Positions 9,364 to 18,555 are shown, counted from the stretch's first letter. The stretch is DNA of 64,000 nt from Bacteroidia bacterium (GCA_039630325.1 JBCNVG010000041.1:10212-74211), one strand, 5' to 3'. Made by a program: numbers and translations. The notes: generated by a model from the sequence alone, not told the origin.

Positions 9364-10409
9364 GGGTAGCGGACAAATTTGGCGGGAAAGACTCCAACGC
9401 GCTGGCGTCCCAATATCGTGTCATTCCGAACAAATAATATCTCGCCGCGTACGCCCCCAGCTTTGGCATTAGCCACTACCCACTGATTGGCCACGCTATC
9501 GTAGAAGAATCCGTAGACCAGTTCATGGGGAGGTATCCCCAATCGGCTCTTAGGTAAAAACGCATAATCTACTATGCCATTTTGCCAATCATACCGCGTG
9601 ATTCCCGAATCTGTAAGCATTAGTATTTGATCCCCATATCGGTGCAGGGCATAAACGCTGGTAGAAAGCTCTACAGTTCGGGTGATTGACCCGTCTGAGG
9701 GATTGATGTGCACCAGCATGCCTTTTTGGTCGGCATAGTTACCTCGGCATCCGACAAGGATTTCTCCGGATGGAAGGCTCTGTATGGGACCAGGATTTTC
9801 CCTGGGCAGCGAAATGTAATACAAAACCGAGTCAGCCGTAGGCTCTATACAGGCAACCTTCCAGTTGCGAAGGGGATAGGCATAATTTCCGCAGGTGACC
9901 CACACCCGCCCTGCATGATAAAGCATGCTTTCCGAGAAGTTTTCTACCCTGATAGGAGGCGAGATAAAGGCCATAGTTTGGGGATCTATGCGATAAATGG
10001 CACTATCCAAGAGCGAGTTCACATAAGCTTTGCGGGCGTTTATTGGAAGAAATTCTCTGGGGCTGGCCGCAGAAGGAAAAGTAGCTCTGGCTAAGATCTG
10101 AACAGAAGGTAGGAGGACTTTCCAGAGCCACCGAGAACCGTTCATGGTAATCCACAGAGTATCCCCCTGCCGGAAAATGTGGTTAGCCACATCGCCGAGC
10201 GGCTCTCGATTCACCGCATAGAACACATCCTCGTAGTAGGTTCCCTCCCTTGAAATCACATCTAATGAGGCATTCCCCAGCGTCCACTGCCCTTCATTCA
10301 GTATGAAGAGCCCGTAATAAGCTGGCTGAGGGGTAGGTTCTTTTGGAACAGGTTTCCTTACGCATGCAATCAAACCCACAGTAAGTAGTAGAGCCACGCC
10401 GCACCTCAT
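9360..10409 (-). CDS. Lipoprotein, probably a beta-propeller fold
   Basis: Lipobox LLLTVGLIAC. The rest looks repetitive and beta-rich. A 4-nt overlap with the downstream acetyltransferase gene suggests translational coupling. Confidence 0.55.
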   Translation of the reverse strand: MRCGVALLLTVGLIACVRKPVPKEPTPQPAYYGLFILNEGQWTLGNASLDVISREGTYYEDVFYAVNREPLGDVANHIFRQGDTLWITMNGSRWLWKVLLPSVQILARATFPSAASPREFLPINARKAYVNSLLDSAIYRIDPQTMAFISPPIRVENFSESMLYHAGRVWVTCGNYAYPLRNWKVACIEPTADSVLYYISLPRENPGPIQSLPSGEILVGCRGNYADQKGMLVHINPSDGSITRTVELSTSVYALHRYGDQILMLTDSGITRYDWQNGIVDYAFLPKSRLGIPPHELVYGFFYDSVANQWVVANAKAGGVRGEILFVRNDTILGRQRVGVFPAKFVRYP

Positions 10410-10912
10410 CTCACTGAGAGAGCCAAACGCCTTATAACGAAGCGTTCCACAGCCCACAAAAGGAGGCTATATGAAATCGCCCCCAACACCTGATAATGAT
10501 AAAAAGGAATAGCTGCCACATAACAGGACCATAGCCCAGCCATCGTATAGCCATAATAGCCACTGAGCCAAACGCCGAAGTTCGTCACAGCAAAGAAGAT
10601 GGTACTTTGCAAAACTGGGAGCCCTACCACCGAGAGAAACTGATGAGTTTTCAGAAGATAGCGACCCAAAACGGCGCCTATCATCATACTACCCCATGTG
10701 TACGGCCATAGAGAATGCCACCCAATCAGCAGGTCACTAATAGCCATGATGAGCACGGGAAGGGCCAGGCCCATCCACAAGGAAGGCATCCAAGCCCCCC
10801 CATAGAGGGCGATAGCATCCACGGGGGTGAAGTTGGGGGGATGAGGGATTAGTCTTCCTGCCACACCTACTATCCCTAAAAGCAATCCGCCAAGTAGGGA
10901 CCTCGTCATCAC
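10406..10912 (-). CDS. Small polytopic membrane protein of unknown function
   Basis: It has 4-5 hydrophobic helices. It is stop/start-coupled to the lipoprotein gene and lies 16 nt downstream of the heme c protein gene. Confidence 0.55.
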   Translation of the reverse strand: MMTRSLLGGLLLGIVGVAGRLIPHPPNFTPVDAIALYGGAWMPSLWMGLALPVLIMAISDLLIGWHSLWPYTWGSMMIGAVLGRYLLKTHQFLSVVGLPVLQSTIFFAVTNFGVWLSGYYGYTMAGLWSCYVAAIPFYHYQVLGAISYSLLLWAVERFVIRRLALSVR

Positions 10913-10927
10913 ACAAAGTTAGCCGCC

Positions 10928-11524
10928 TTAGGGGCGAATCTCTGCCTTCCACATTCCCCGTAAATCTCCGAGGGAAAAATCGACGGCCTTGTCCTTTGGA
11001 TAGCGCTTGCGAATTTCAGCCAAAGCCTGGCCATCTAACTGCTCTTTCTTGCCATGACACTTGAGGCATTGCTCCATGGGTATGTAAATGGGACGATAGT
11101 AGCGGTAGGTTCCCGCCCCCACTGGTATAATCACACTTTCCTTAGAACCCGTGCGAAGAAACTCCTCATATGTCGCCTTATCTAAGGAATCGACCAGGGC
11201 ATTTTTAGGGTTTCGATTACGCAAGGCCACGCGCTGAAAGCTGATCTTTTCTCCTCGGTAAAAGGTCAGCGTCTCAGCAGCGGTATGACAGTATCGTACA
11301 GCGCCTCCCCACCCTTCTCTGTCAGCAGCCCTGAGCAAGTTCTGCAAAATCACTTGCTGGCGCTCCAATGTCAGGCTGTCCCCTACTCGCCGCCAGAACT
11401 CAGCTTGATTCTCTGAGGCCGCCACTGGCATCTGAGGCGACCGGCTATCCTGGCTGGGAGTTGAGCTCCTTTGACATCCCACGACAAGGAAAAAACCGAT
11501 CACCAGTATTTGTGGATTTCGCAT
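10928..11524 (-). CDS. DUF3365/Tll0287-like periplasmic heme c-binding protein
   Basis: There is a signal peptide and a single CXXCH motif (CLKCHGKK). Size of about 190 aa and an ...RYCHTAAE... region are typical of this family. Confidence 0.6.
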   Translation of the reverse strand: MRNPQILVIGFFLVVGCQRSSTPSQDSRSPQMPVAASENQAEFWRRVGDSLTLERQQVILQNLLRAADREGWGGAVRYCHTAAETLTFYRGEKISFQRVALRNRNPKNALVDSLDKATYEEFLRTGSKESVIIPVGAGTYRYYRPIYIPMEQCLKCHGKKEQLDGQALAEIRKRYPKDKAVDFSLGDLRGMWKAEIRP

Positions 11525-11615
11525 GTAGCAAAAATAGACAGAAGTTTCTCACGGAGAGTAGCCTGTGAAGTAGGCCCTTCAAAAACCCCTAACTCATGAA
11601 TGGCATAGCATATCT

Positions 11616-12311
11616 TTGAAGTCATCTACATGCCCCACCCAGAGTTTCAGATACCTACACTTTATAGACGCTTTCGACGAGAAGAGCTCAGTCCCCAAAG
11701 CGCTTGGAGGGAGGTTGAGAAAGAGTTTATTCGTACGTATACGGGACAAGATGCAAGGCAGGCATGGAAAAATTGCAAGTGGAAATGCATTTGAGCTCAT
11801 CACTTTGGACGAAATAATCCATCAGCTTTCTGAAAAAGGTCTTTCGGATCAGATAGCCTTGATGCGCTGGCGAGAAATTCATGATGAAAAGCTTCGCTCT
11901 ATTCTGAGTGAGACTGTGTGGGTGCGAGGGGAAATGACAAGATTAGAGGTAGAATCTCAGGTCGATTTAGTAGCCGTTGAAAAGTCAAGTGAGCCTAATG
12001 CCTACCTTCGAGTTTTAGCGGTTTATAGCATCAAGGTGTCCTTGCGTGAAAGATTTCAGCAAGACCTCTTTTGGGCTGAGAAGCTACGCAGTAGGGGCAT
12101 GAGATTTTGCTTCATTACATTAGACAGAGATGGCGTTCTTCTCAAGGCAGCCCTGGAGGGTAAGCTTACCTCGAAACAGGCTAAAATGGCAGCTGCTCTG
12201 TACGACAGAGTATACCTGCTGACAGATAGAGAGATTACCCATCACTCCCGCGTTTTTAGGCGGTTAGAGGACTTACAAGTAGATTTAGAGTTATGGCTGA
12301 GGTCGAGCTAA
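11616..12311 (+). CDS. Hypothetical protein overlapping the downstream DNA methyltransferase; candidate restriction endonuclease or other MTase partner
   Basis: The ORF starts with TTG at 11616, and an ATG (MQGRHGK) lies at about 11751. GC is lower than the flanking DNA. It ends 19 nt inside the MTase gene. A possible PD-(D/E)xK-like element sits in ...EVESQVDLVAVEKS.... I recognise no family. Confidence 0.45.
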   Translation: MKSSTCPTQSFRYLHFIDAFDEKSSVPKALGGRLRKSLFVRIRDKMQGRHGKIASGNAFELITLDEIIHQLSEKGLSDQIALMRWREIHDEKLRSILSETVWVRGEMTRLEVESQVDLVAVEKSSEPNAYLRVLAVYSIKVSLRERFQQDLFWAEKLRSRGMRFCFITLDRDGVLLKAALEGKLTSKQAKMAAALYDRVYLLTDREITHHSRVFRRLEDLQVDLELWLRSS

Positions 12312-13600
12312 AACGGTTTTTAGATTTGTTCGAGGGGCTGAGGCCATCCGAAGATTGGTCCTTCAAATGGCTTTCTCAGAAAGAGACAAGCTATCTCACC
12401 CATAGTTATCATCAATATCCAGCTAAGTTCATCCCCCAACTCGCAAGCCGTCTGATACAGGAACATAGCCGCGAAGGGGAATGGGTACTTGACCCCTTCA
12501 TGGGGTCCGGCACGACCCTAGTAGAAGCCCGCTTGCTCCGACGACCCAGTGTAGGAATAGATGTGAATCCCGTGGCTCACTTGATCGCCGAGGCTAAAAC
12601 ACACCCCTTACCTCCACCTGAGCTTACTAAATACGCTCATTTTGTAAAAGAAGAATTTTACGCCCGAGTCGGGCCCAGCTTATTCTCTCCAGCTAACGTT
12701 TCGTCGGTATCTAATCACAGTTGGAATGAAAGGCTGACGCACTGGTTTCCAGAAAAAGTGCTCGTAGAGCTCAAGATTATCCAGTCTATCATAGAGCAGT
12801 TGCCAAAGCCGTATTATACCTTTTTTGCCTGCGCTTTGTCTGGTTCCCTCAAGGCTTTATCCTTCTGGCATAACCGTAGCATAAAGCCCATGAGAAAACC
12901 AGATAAAAGAATCCCCCCTGTGGAGACCATTTACTTTCGCAAGGTTCAAAAGATGTTGAAAGCTAATGCAGAATATTGGCAAGCCCTTCAAAGCCACGAT
13001 GGATTCTCTGTCATCACACAACCCTTGCTCGGCGATGCGCGGGCTCTTCCTATTCCGAATGAACAGGTACATCTCATCGTGACTTCTCCTCCTTATGTCA
13101 CGAGCTATGAATACGCAGACCTTCATCAACTCAGTGCATTATGGTTCGGGTGGATGGAGGACAGAAAAAAGTTTAGAGAGCCTTTTATCGGACGCTCTCT
13201 AAGCAAAAGCACAGCCTTTCATTCGCTGTATTCGGATATTGCCGATGCAATCGTAGGACAGATTTATCAAAAAAGCCCGAGTAAAGCAAATGAAGTAGCA
13301 ACATATTTTGCGGACATGGCGGCCAGCTTCCAAGAAATGTATCGCGTGCTTTTGCCCAAGGGAATCGCCGCAATTGTCATAGGAAATACAGAGTTTCTCG
13401 GCGTCAAGGTCTCAAATGCGGAGGCATTTATGGAACAGCTCTACAGCATCGGCTTCACCCCGAAAAAGGTCATTCTCAGAGAGATACCCTCCAAGACATT
13501 ACCCCAAGCCCGAGATAAAAGAACGGGCAAGTTCACTACTGGAACAAAGGCAGACTTTTCCGCATATCCTGTGGAATACATCCTCATTATTCAGAAATAA
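12293..13600 (+). CDS. DNA amino-methyltransferase (N4-C or N6-A), alpha-type motif order
   Basis: The SAM-binding motif I with its preceding motif X is present (YHQYPAKFIPQLASRLI...VLDPFMGSGTTLVEA). About 190 aa further on lies catalytic motif IV (LIVTSPPYVTSYEY). The gene is low in GC and overlaps the upstream partner. Confidence 0.85.
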   Translation: MAEVELKRFLDLFEGLRPSEDWSFKWLSQKETSYLTHSYHQYPAKFIPQLASRLIQEHSREGEWVLDPFMGSGTTLVEARLLRRPSVGIDVNPVAHLIAEAKTHPLPPPELTKYAHFVKEEFYARVGPSLFSPANVSSVSNHSWNERLTHWFPEKVLVELKIIQSIIEQLPKPYYTFFACALSGSLKALSFWHNRSIKPMRKPDKRIPPVETIYFRKVQKMLKANAEYWQALQSHDGFSVITQPLLGDARALPIPNEQVHLIVTSPPYVTSYEYADLHQLSALWFGWMEDRKKFREPFIGRSLSKSTAFHSLYSDIADAIVGQIYQKSPSKANEVATYFADMAASFQEMYRVLLPKGIAAIVIGNTEFLGVKVSNAEAFMEQLYSIGFTPKKVILREIPSKTLPQARDKRTGKFTTGTKADFSAYPVEYILIIQK

Positions 13601-13667
13601 AGAGCATCCACCGAAACTGTTTGCTGCAAGTAGCGGCACAGGCTGAAGGTTTCTTTTTTGCCTGTCT

Positions 13668-15479
13668 TTATGCAGCTTGGAGTTGGTATAGTCGGGCATA
13701 CAGCCCTCCCCGAGCCAATAGGGACTCATGCGTTCCTTCCTCGACGATTTTACCCTCGTGGAGGACGTAAATCCAGTCTGCATGACGAACTGTGGATAAC
13801 CGATGAGCTATCAAGATCAGGGTATAAGTTCTGGGCAGTTGAGCTAAGGCTTGATGGATGCGAGCTTCTGACTCGCTGTCGAGCGCGGAAGTTGCTTCAT
13901 CTAAGATGAGTAGCTGCGGTTGGCGGTAGAGGGCCCGAGCTAATGCCAATCGCTGCCGCTGCCCTCCAGAAAACCTCTGGCCCCTTTCGCCTACTATGGT
14001 GTATAACCCCTCTGAAAGCTCTTCTACAAAGCTGCGGGCCTGAGCCATTTCCAAGGCGGCCCAGACTCGCTCTTCGTCTACCTTTCCTTCTGTGCCGTAA
14101 GTGATATTTTCCAAGAGGGTTGCATGAAACAGCATGCCATCTTGAGGAACGATTCCCAAAAGCTGGCGGTAAGATTGAGGGTCTATCTCAGAAAGGTCTC
14201 GTCCATCTATACGAATCTGCCCTGCCGTCGGCCGATAAAATCCTGCAATAAGATCAGCCAAAGTCGTCTTGCCACTGCCAGAAGGCCCCACCAGAGCTAT
14301 TCGGCTTCCCACAGGGATTTCCAGGGAAATATCCCGCAAAACCTCTTTTTCTCCGTATCTAAACGCTACGCCATCTAACTGAATCCCCTTTTGTATGGCA
14401 CGGATGGGAGTAAGTCCTGGCTTATATTCGACAGAAGCAGGCTGTTTCAAAAGACCTTCAATCCTTCGGAAGGATGCTATGGCTTTTTGCAGACGAGAAA
14501 GAGCTTGATTGAAGGTTTTCATAGGGCTGAGAAACTGTCCGAAAATAGCAATGAATGTGATAAACTCAGAAGCTTTCAAGCTGCCATTCAGCACAGAAAA
14601 TGTACCGTAGTACAGCAGTCCCAAGACTACTATTACACTCAGCACTTCGGTGAGGGGCGAGGCCAGCTCCATGCGCCGGCGCAAAGCTGTCATGAAACGT
14701 GTATATTGGGCATTAGCGGTCTGGAAACGCTCCTGCTCGCGTCGCTCAGCCCCGAAGGCCTTCACCGTACGAACCCCCGTCAGGAATTCATCCAGGATAC
14801 TCAACACTTGATCCATGCGCTGCTGCCCCTGGTGAGCTTTTCGACGGAGGGTTTTAGCCAGCCGACTAATCATCCATCCAGTAAGGGGAAGTACTAGCAG
14901 AGACACCAGCGTAAGCTGCCAAGAAAGTAGCATCATAGCCCCGAGATAGAAGAGCATCGTGATGGGGTCGTTAATCAGATTATAGATGGTACCGATCGTC
15001 GCCTCTTGAATCACCTGCACATCCTGGGTGGCAAGATTGAGAAGTCGGCCTTTCTTATTTCGAACGAAAAAGCTCAGGGGCATTTGGGTCAGATGGCTGA
15101 AAATGCGATTGCGCAGCACCTCTACGACGGTATTCTCAAAACGGACCATATTCCAGGCGGCCCAGTACCGAAAAGCATTCTTGAAGAAGATCGCAATCGC
15201 AATCGCTATACTGAAGTACAGCAGAGCCTCCATAGGCCCCTGGTGAGTGCGGAAGAGGTAAAGCTCATAGAAGAAGTACTTTTTCCAGGCCTCCACTGAA
15301 AAGGAAGTGGGCATTGGCGCAGGCTCGGCCGTTTGAGCAAAAAGGATTTCTAAGAAGGGAATGATAAGAGCCAGAGAAAAGACATTGAAGAAATTGAAGA
15401 GAAGGAAGGCAAAGATGGCAATAAATAATCTATGCCGATCCGCTCTGCCGTGCGCAAATATTCGTAGAGCCGTACGCAC
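13668..15479 (-). CDS. ABC exporter with fused permease and ATPase, MsbA/lipid-A-exporter-like
   Basis: The N-terminal half has six TM helices. The C-terminal nucleotide-binding domain has Walker A GPSGSGKTT, the signature LSGGQRQRLALARAL and Walker B LLILDEATSALD. Confidence 0.9.
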   Translation of the reverse strand: MRTALRIFAHGRADRHRLFIAIFAFLLFNFFNVFSLALIIPFLEILFAQTAEPAPMPTSFSVEAWKKYFFYELYLFRTHQGPMEALLYFSIAIAIAIFFKNAFRYWAAWNMVRFENTVVEVLRNRIFSHLTQMPLSFFVRNKKGRLLNLATQDVQVIQEATIGTIYNLINDPITMLFYLGAMMLLSWQLTLVSLLVLPLTGWMISRLAKTLRRKAHQGQQRMDQVLSILDEFLTGVRTVKAFGAERREQERFQTANAQYTRFMTALRRRMELASPLTEVLSVIVVLGLLYYGTFSVLNGSLKASEFITFIAIFGQFLSPMKTFNQALSRLQKAIASFRRIEGLLKQPASVEYKPGLTPIRAIQKGIQLDGVAFRYGEKEVLRDISLEIPVGSRIALVGPSGSGKTTLADLIAGFYRPTAGQIRIDGRDLSEIDPQSYRQLLGIVPQDGMLFHATLLENITYGTEGKVDEERVWAALEMAQARSFVEELSEGLYTIVGERGQRFSGGQRQRLALARALYRQPQLLILDEATSALDSESEARIHQALAQLPRTYTLILIAHRLSTVRHADWIYVLHEGKIVEEGTHESLLARGGLYARLYQLQAA

Positions 15480-15504
15480 TGGTCAAAAATAAGGCTATTT
15501 TAGC

Positions 15505-18500
15505 TCATCGGGGGAAGGGAAGCCGATTTTTGAGTTCTTGTTCCTTCTTTTTGCGTTCTTCCTCAAGTTGACGGCGGAGACGCTCTTCTTCTTGCCGACG
15601 ACGCTCTTCAGCCTCTCGGCGTAAACGCTCCTCTTCCTGACGCAGGCGTTCTTCGGCTTCGCGACGCAGACGCTCTTCTTCTTGGCGGCGGCGCTCCTCT
15701 ACTGCTCGACGCAGGCTATCTTCTTTGGCTCGCAGGAGCGCTTCTATGCTGTCTTTTTTACGACGAGCCTCGGCTTCTAAGCGAGCTTTCTCTGCTTCTA
15801 TACGGTCAGCGACAGCTTCTCCCAGCGAGCCTTCTCCCTTCTCTGGACGAATACTAAGGACTTTGGGCTGGGTAACAGTACCTCCCAGCTCAGCCACCAG
15901 TTTGACCGAAGCAGGGGCCTGGATGGGAAGGTTGACGGATTGCAAGAAGCTCTGTGCCCATGCCGTAGGCACTTCAAATCCCACCGCATAGGCTATGGTT
16001 TGATCCAAGCGAGTGAGCCCACTAATACTCATCTTGATATCCCCGGCCGTGAAACTAAATGGCTCCACTTCTAACGCTCCATTCACCAGCTTGAACTTGA
16101 TAGAGGCATTGGCCAGGCGTAAAGTACTGAGCTGGGGCATTTTAGCCGAACTGGCTAGTGCATTTAGAGAAGCTGAGCCTTGTACCACTGCTTGAAGTAC
16201 CTCCGCCAGTCCACTTCCAGATAATGTGCTGAGTTCAGGCATAAAATCAGGGCGCAAAGCACTCTGCGCTGAAAGCGAAAGATTAACTCGTCCTTGGGTG
16301 CTTTGGACAATAGGGGCTATCCGACGCAGCGTAGCGAAATGCTGCGCAATAGACTCTATTTGAACCCCCCGCAAGCTAAATTGCATATCCCACCGCGCTG
16401 ATCGCTTATCCGGCGCTATATAACTGCCGGTCAAAGCAAACTTGCCCCCAAATCCCTCCATCTCAAATCCTTCTAACCGAACCGCTTGATCCCGCACAAT
16501 CACCCGTCCACGGGCATTCTGAAAAATCATCTTTTCGTAGAGTAGCTCCCTGATTTGCGCTTGGAAGGTGAAATCTATATTCGCTGGAATCACTACCACT
16601 TCTAAGGTGCTGGAAGTATCGGTTTGAGGTTGGGACTGGCGCTTGGTAGTGTCACTGGACATCCACTCATTGAGGTCTAAACGGTTGCTGGATAGAGAGA
16701 GCGTGCCGATGATTTTCTCGTCTTTGAGTACATACCCTAAGTAGTTGTCTAAACGGCCCTCTAAGGCTATATCGGATCGGCCGATTGTCCCTTGATATCC
16801 CGATAGGACAGCGCTCTGAGGTGTGAAAGTCAGCGTAGCCTGCTGAATGGTAACGCCTTGGGGCACGCTGGGGCTTCGGTAAGAGAAGTTTTGCACAGCC
16901 AAGGTACCACTTGTAGGAAGCCGAGCGTAATCGTGTTTGTCCAGTGCTTCTCGATTGCCCTTCGTGGTGAGGTCTAAGGTGATTTTGCCAGCTACACTTG
17001 TGCTTTCGATAGGGAAAATCTTTGTCCAAATGCCCAGATCGGCTTTGGCTTTGGCGGTGAGGGCATAGTTGAGCGCCTCCAGATTCTGCAGAGTCAGAGC
17101 CAGCTCGATAGGTTCATTAGCAACCACCGCATAGAGCCGGTGAAGCTGCGCAGTCGTAGTCGCCGGCGTACCGTCAGGACTCTCCGCGGAGAAGTTTATC
17201 TCCAGGTTTTCCACTGGGGTAGGAAACTCCGCCGCCTTTACGTATCCATTTCTCAGCAAAAGCTTCCCTTCCACAGCGGGGAGACGCTTTTCAGCGTAGA
17301 TCCCCCGGACGCGTACATCCACCTCAAAGTTTCCTTTCATTTCATAGCCCAGAGGAAGCGCAGTGGCGAACTCAGCCAAACTACCTTGTCCACTGACGGC
17401 AGCTTGAATGAACATACGGCTCAATCCTCTCGTTAACGCCCGGGCTCTGAGATAGCTTCCTCCTACTTTAAAGGCGAGGGTATCCACTTGCACCGACAGA
17501 CTTTCCAAGGTTTTAGCAGGGCTTTCGACCTTCAATCGCAGCTCTAAGTTTTCTACGGGCTTGGGAAGGTCTTTGTAAGCTATCCGCCCTTGTTCTACCA
17601 CGAGTCGTAAGCCAAAAGCTGGTAATAAAGTATCTACCATTTCACCCTGAACGTATCCCTCTAACCGCAAAGTGCCATCAGTGGAAAGACTTTCATAACC
17701 TTTTCGATAGGCCGCAGGGATGAGGGACAGAAGCTCCTTGAGGGAAGCTTCAGGCGCAGCAAACCGAAGGTCTAATAAAGTGCGGAGGGTATCAGGCAAA
17801 GTGACTGTGCCGGTCAAAGTAAGCGGTAGGGCATTGAGGCGAAGTTCTCCTCGTCGGAGGCTATATCGTCCTGAAGGAAAGCTAATATCTAAGTCTATCC
17901 CCGCCGTCAACGACTGTCCTTTCAAGTAGGCTACATCTCCGTAAGTAAAAAATGCTTGCTCGATGCGTGTGTCGGTCTCTAAGGTCATGTCATCCTGCGT
18001 AAAATCTCCCTTCCCACTATGGCTAAGGCCTATTAGACGCGTGTAAATCCCAAGGGAGGAGTCCCAATAAGTGACATGAGCATTTTGGACTTCATATCGG
18101 CGCAATCCAAACCTAAACTTGGCTGGAGTGGTATCAGTAGGCGCCTGTTTGGTCGTGGTGTCAGGCAGCGTAATATCCCAACTAGCACGACCATCTTTTA
18201 GAACTTGGGCATGGATACGAGGCTCTATGAAATACAAGCGGGTAACTTCAATATCGCCTTTGATAGCCTTGAGCACATCTACTCCCACATCCAAGGCTCT
18301 ACAACTCAGTAAAGTATCCCCTGCAAACGGCGCATTATTGATGACAGTAAGCCCTTCTAATCGGATAGTCAGCGCAGGAAAATGTCTAAACAAAGAGAGT
18401 CCCAACCGCTGATAGTCCACCTGGGCATTGAGGCGGCGATTTATTTGAGCTTTGAGGAGAGCATCTACCTTATCTCGGAGCAGGAAGGGTAGAAGGACCG

Positions 18501-18555
18501 CCGTCAAGAGTAGGAGTATGAGGGCTCCCCCTGCGATATACAGGGCTTTTCGCAT
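15505..18555 (-). CDS. AsmA-family protein (AsmA/TamB/YhdP-like periplasm-spanning protein) with a C-terminal ER-rich charged repeat tail
   Basis: N-terminal TM anchor, then ...QINRRLNAQVDYQRLGLSLFRHFPALTIRLEGLTVIN... typical of the AsmA N-domain. Length is about 1000 aa and mostly beta-rich. The last 100 aa or so read ...EERRRQEEERLRREAEERLRQEEERLRREAEE... Confidence 0.7.
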   Translation of the reverse strand: MRKALYIAGGALILLLLTAVLLPFLLRDKVDALLKAQINRRLNAQVDYQRLGLSLFRHFPALTIRLEGLTVINNAPFAGDTLLSCRALDVGVDVLKAIKGDIEVTRLYFIEPRIHAQVLKDGRASWDITLPDTTTKQAPTDTTPAKFRFGLRRYEVQNAHVTYWDSSLGIYTRLIGLSHSGKGDFTQDDMTLETDTRIEQAFFTYGDVAYLKGQSLTAGIDLDISFPSGRYSLRRGELRLNALPLTLTGTVTLPDTLRTLLDLRFAAPEASLKELLSLIPAAYRKGYESLSTDGTLRLEGYVQGEMVDTLLPAFGLRLVVEQGRIAYKDLPKPVENLELRLKVESPAKTLESLSVQVDTLAFKVGGSYLRARALTRGLSRMFIQAAVSGQGSLAEFATALPLGYEMKGNFEVDVRVRGIYAEKRLPAVEGKLLLRNGYVKAAEFPTPVENLEINFSAESPDGTPATTTAQLHRLYAVVANEPIELALTLQNLEALNYALTAKAKADLGIWTKIFPIESTSVAGKITLDLTTKGNREALDKHDYARLPTSGTLAVQNFSYRSPSVPQGVTIQQATLTFTPQSAVLSGYQGTIGRSDIALEGRLDNYLGYVLKDEKIIGTLSLSSNRLDLNEWMSSDTTKRQSQPQTDTSSTLEVVVIPANIDFTFQAQIRELLYEKMIFQNARGRVIVRDQAVRLEGFEMEGFGGKFALTGSYIAPDKRSARWDMQFSLRGVQIESIAQHFATLRRIAPIVQSTQGRVNLSLSAQSALRPDFMPELSTLSGSGLAEVLQAVVQGSASLNALASSAKMPQLSTLRLANASIKFKLVNGALEVEPFSFTAGDIKMSISGLTRLDQTIAYAVGFEVPTAWAQSFLQSVNLPIQAPASVKLVAELGGTVTQPKVLSIRPEKGEGSLGEAVADRIEAEKARLEAEARRKKDSIEALLRAKEDSLRRAVEERRRQEEERLRREAEERLRQEEERLRREAEERRRQEEERLRRQLEEERKKKEQELKNRLPFPR
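15540..15800 (-). repeat. Degenerate tandem nucleotide repeats that encode the ER-rich tail of the AsmA-like protein
   Basis: On the plus strand, units like gacgctcttcttcttg/ggcg...ctcctcttcctgacgcaggcg recur. They translate to (E/R)-rich heptad-like repeats (EERLRRE/AEERLRQ). Confidence 0.6.

Noticed and set aside
13601-13667. Possible terminator between the convergent MTase and ABC exporter genes (CAGGC...GCCTG with a T-run)
   Set aside because: Only a 5-bp stem with an 18-nt loop. The T-run is inside the loop rather than after the stem, so it is not convincing as an intrinsic terminator
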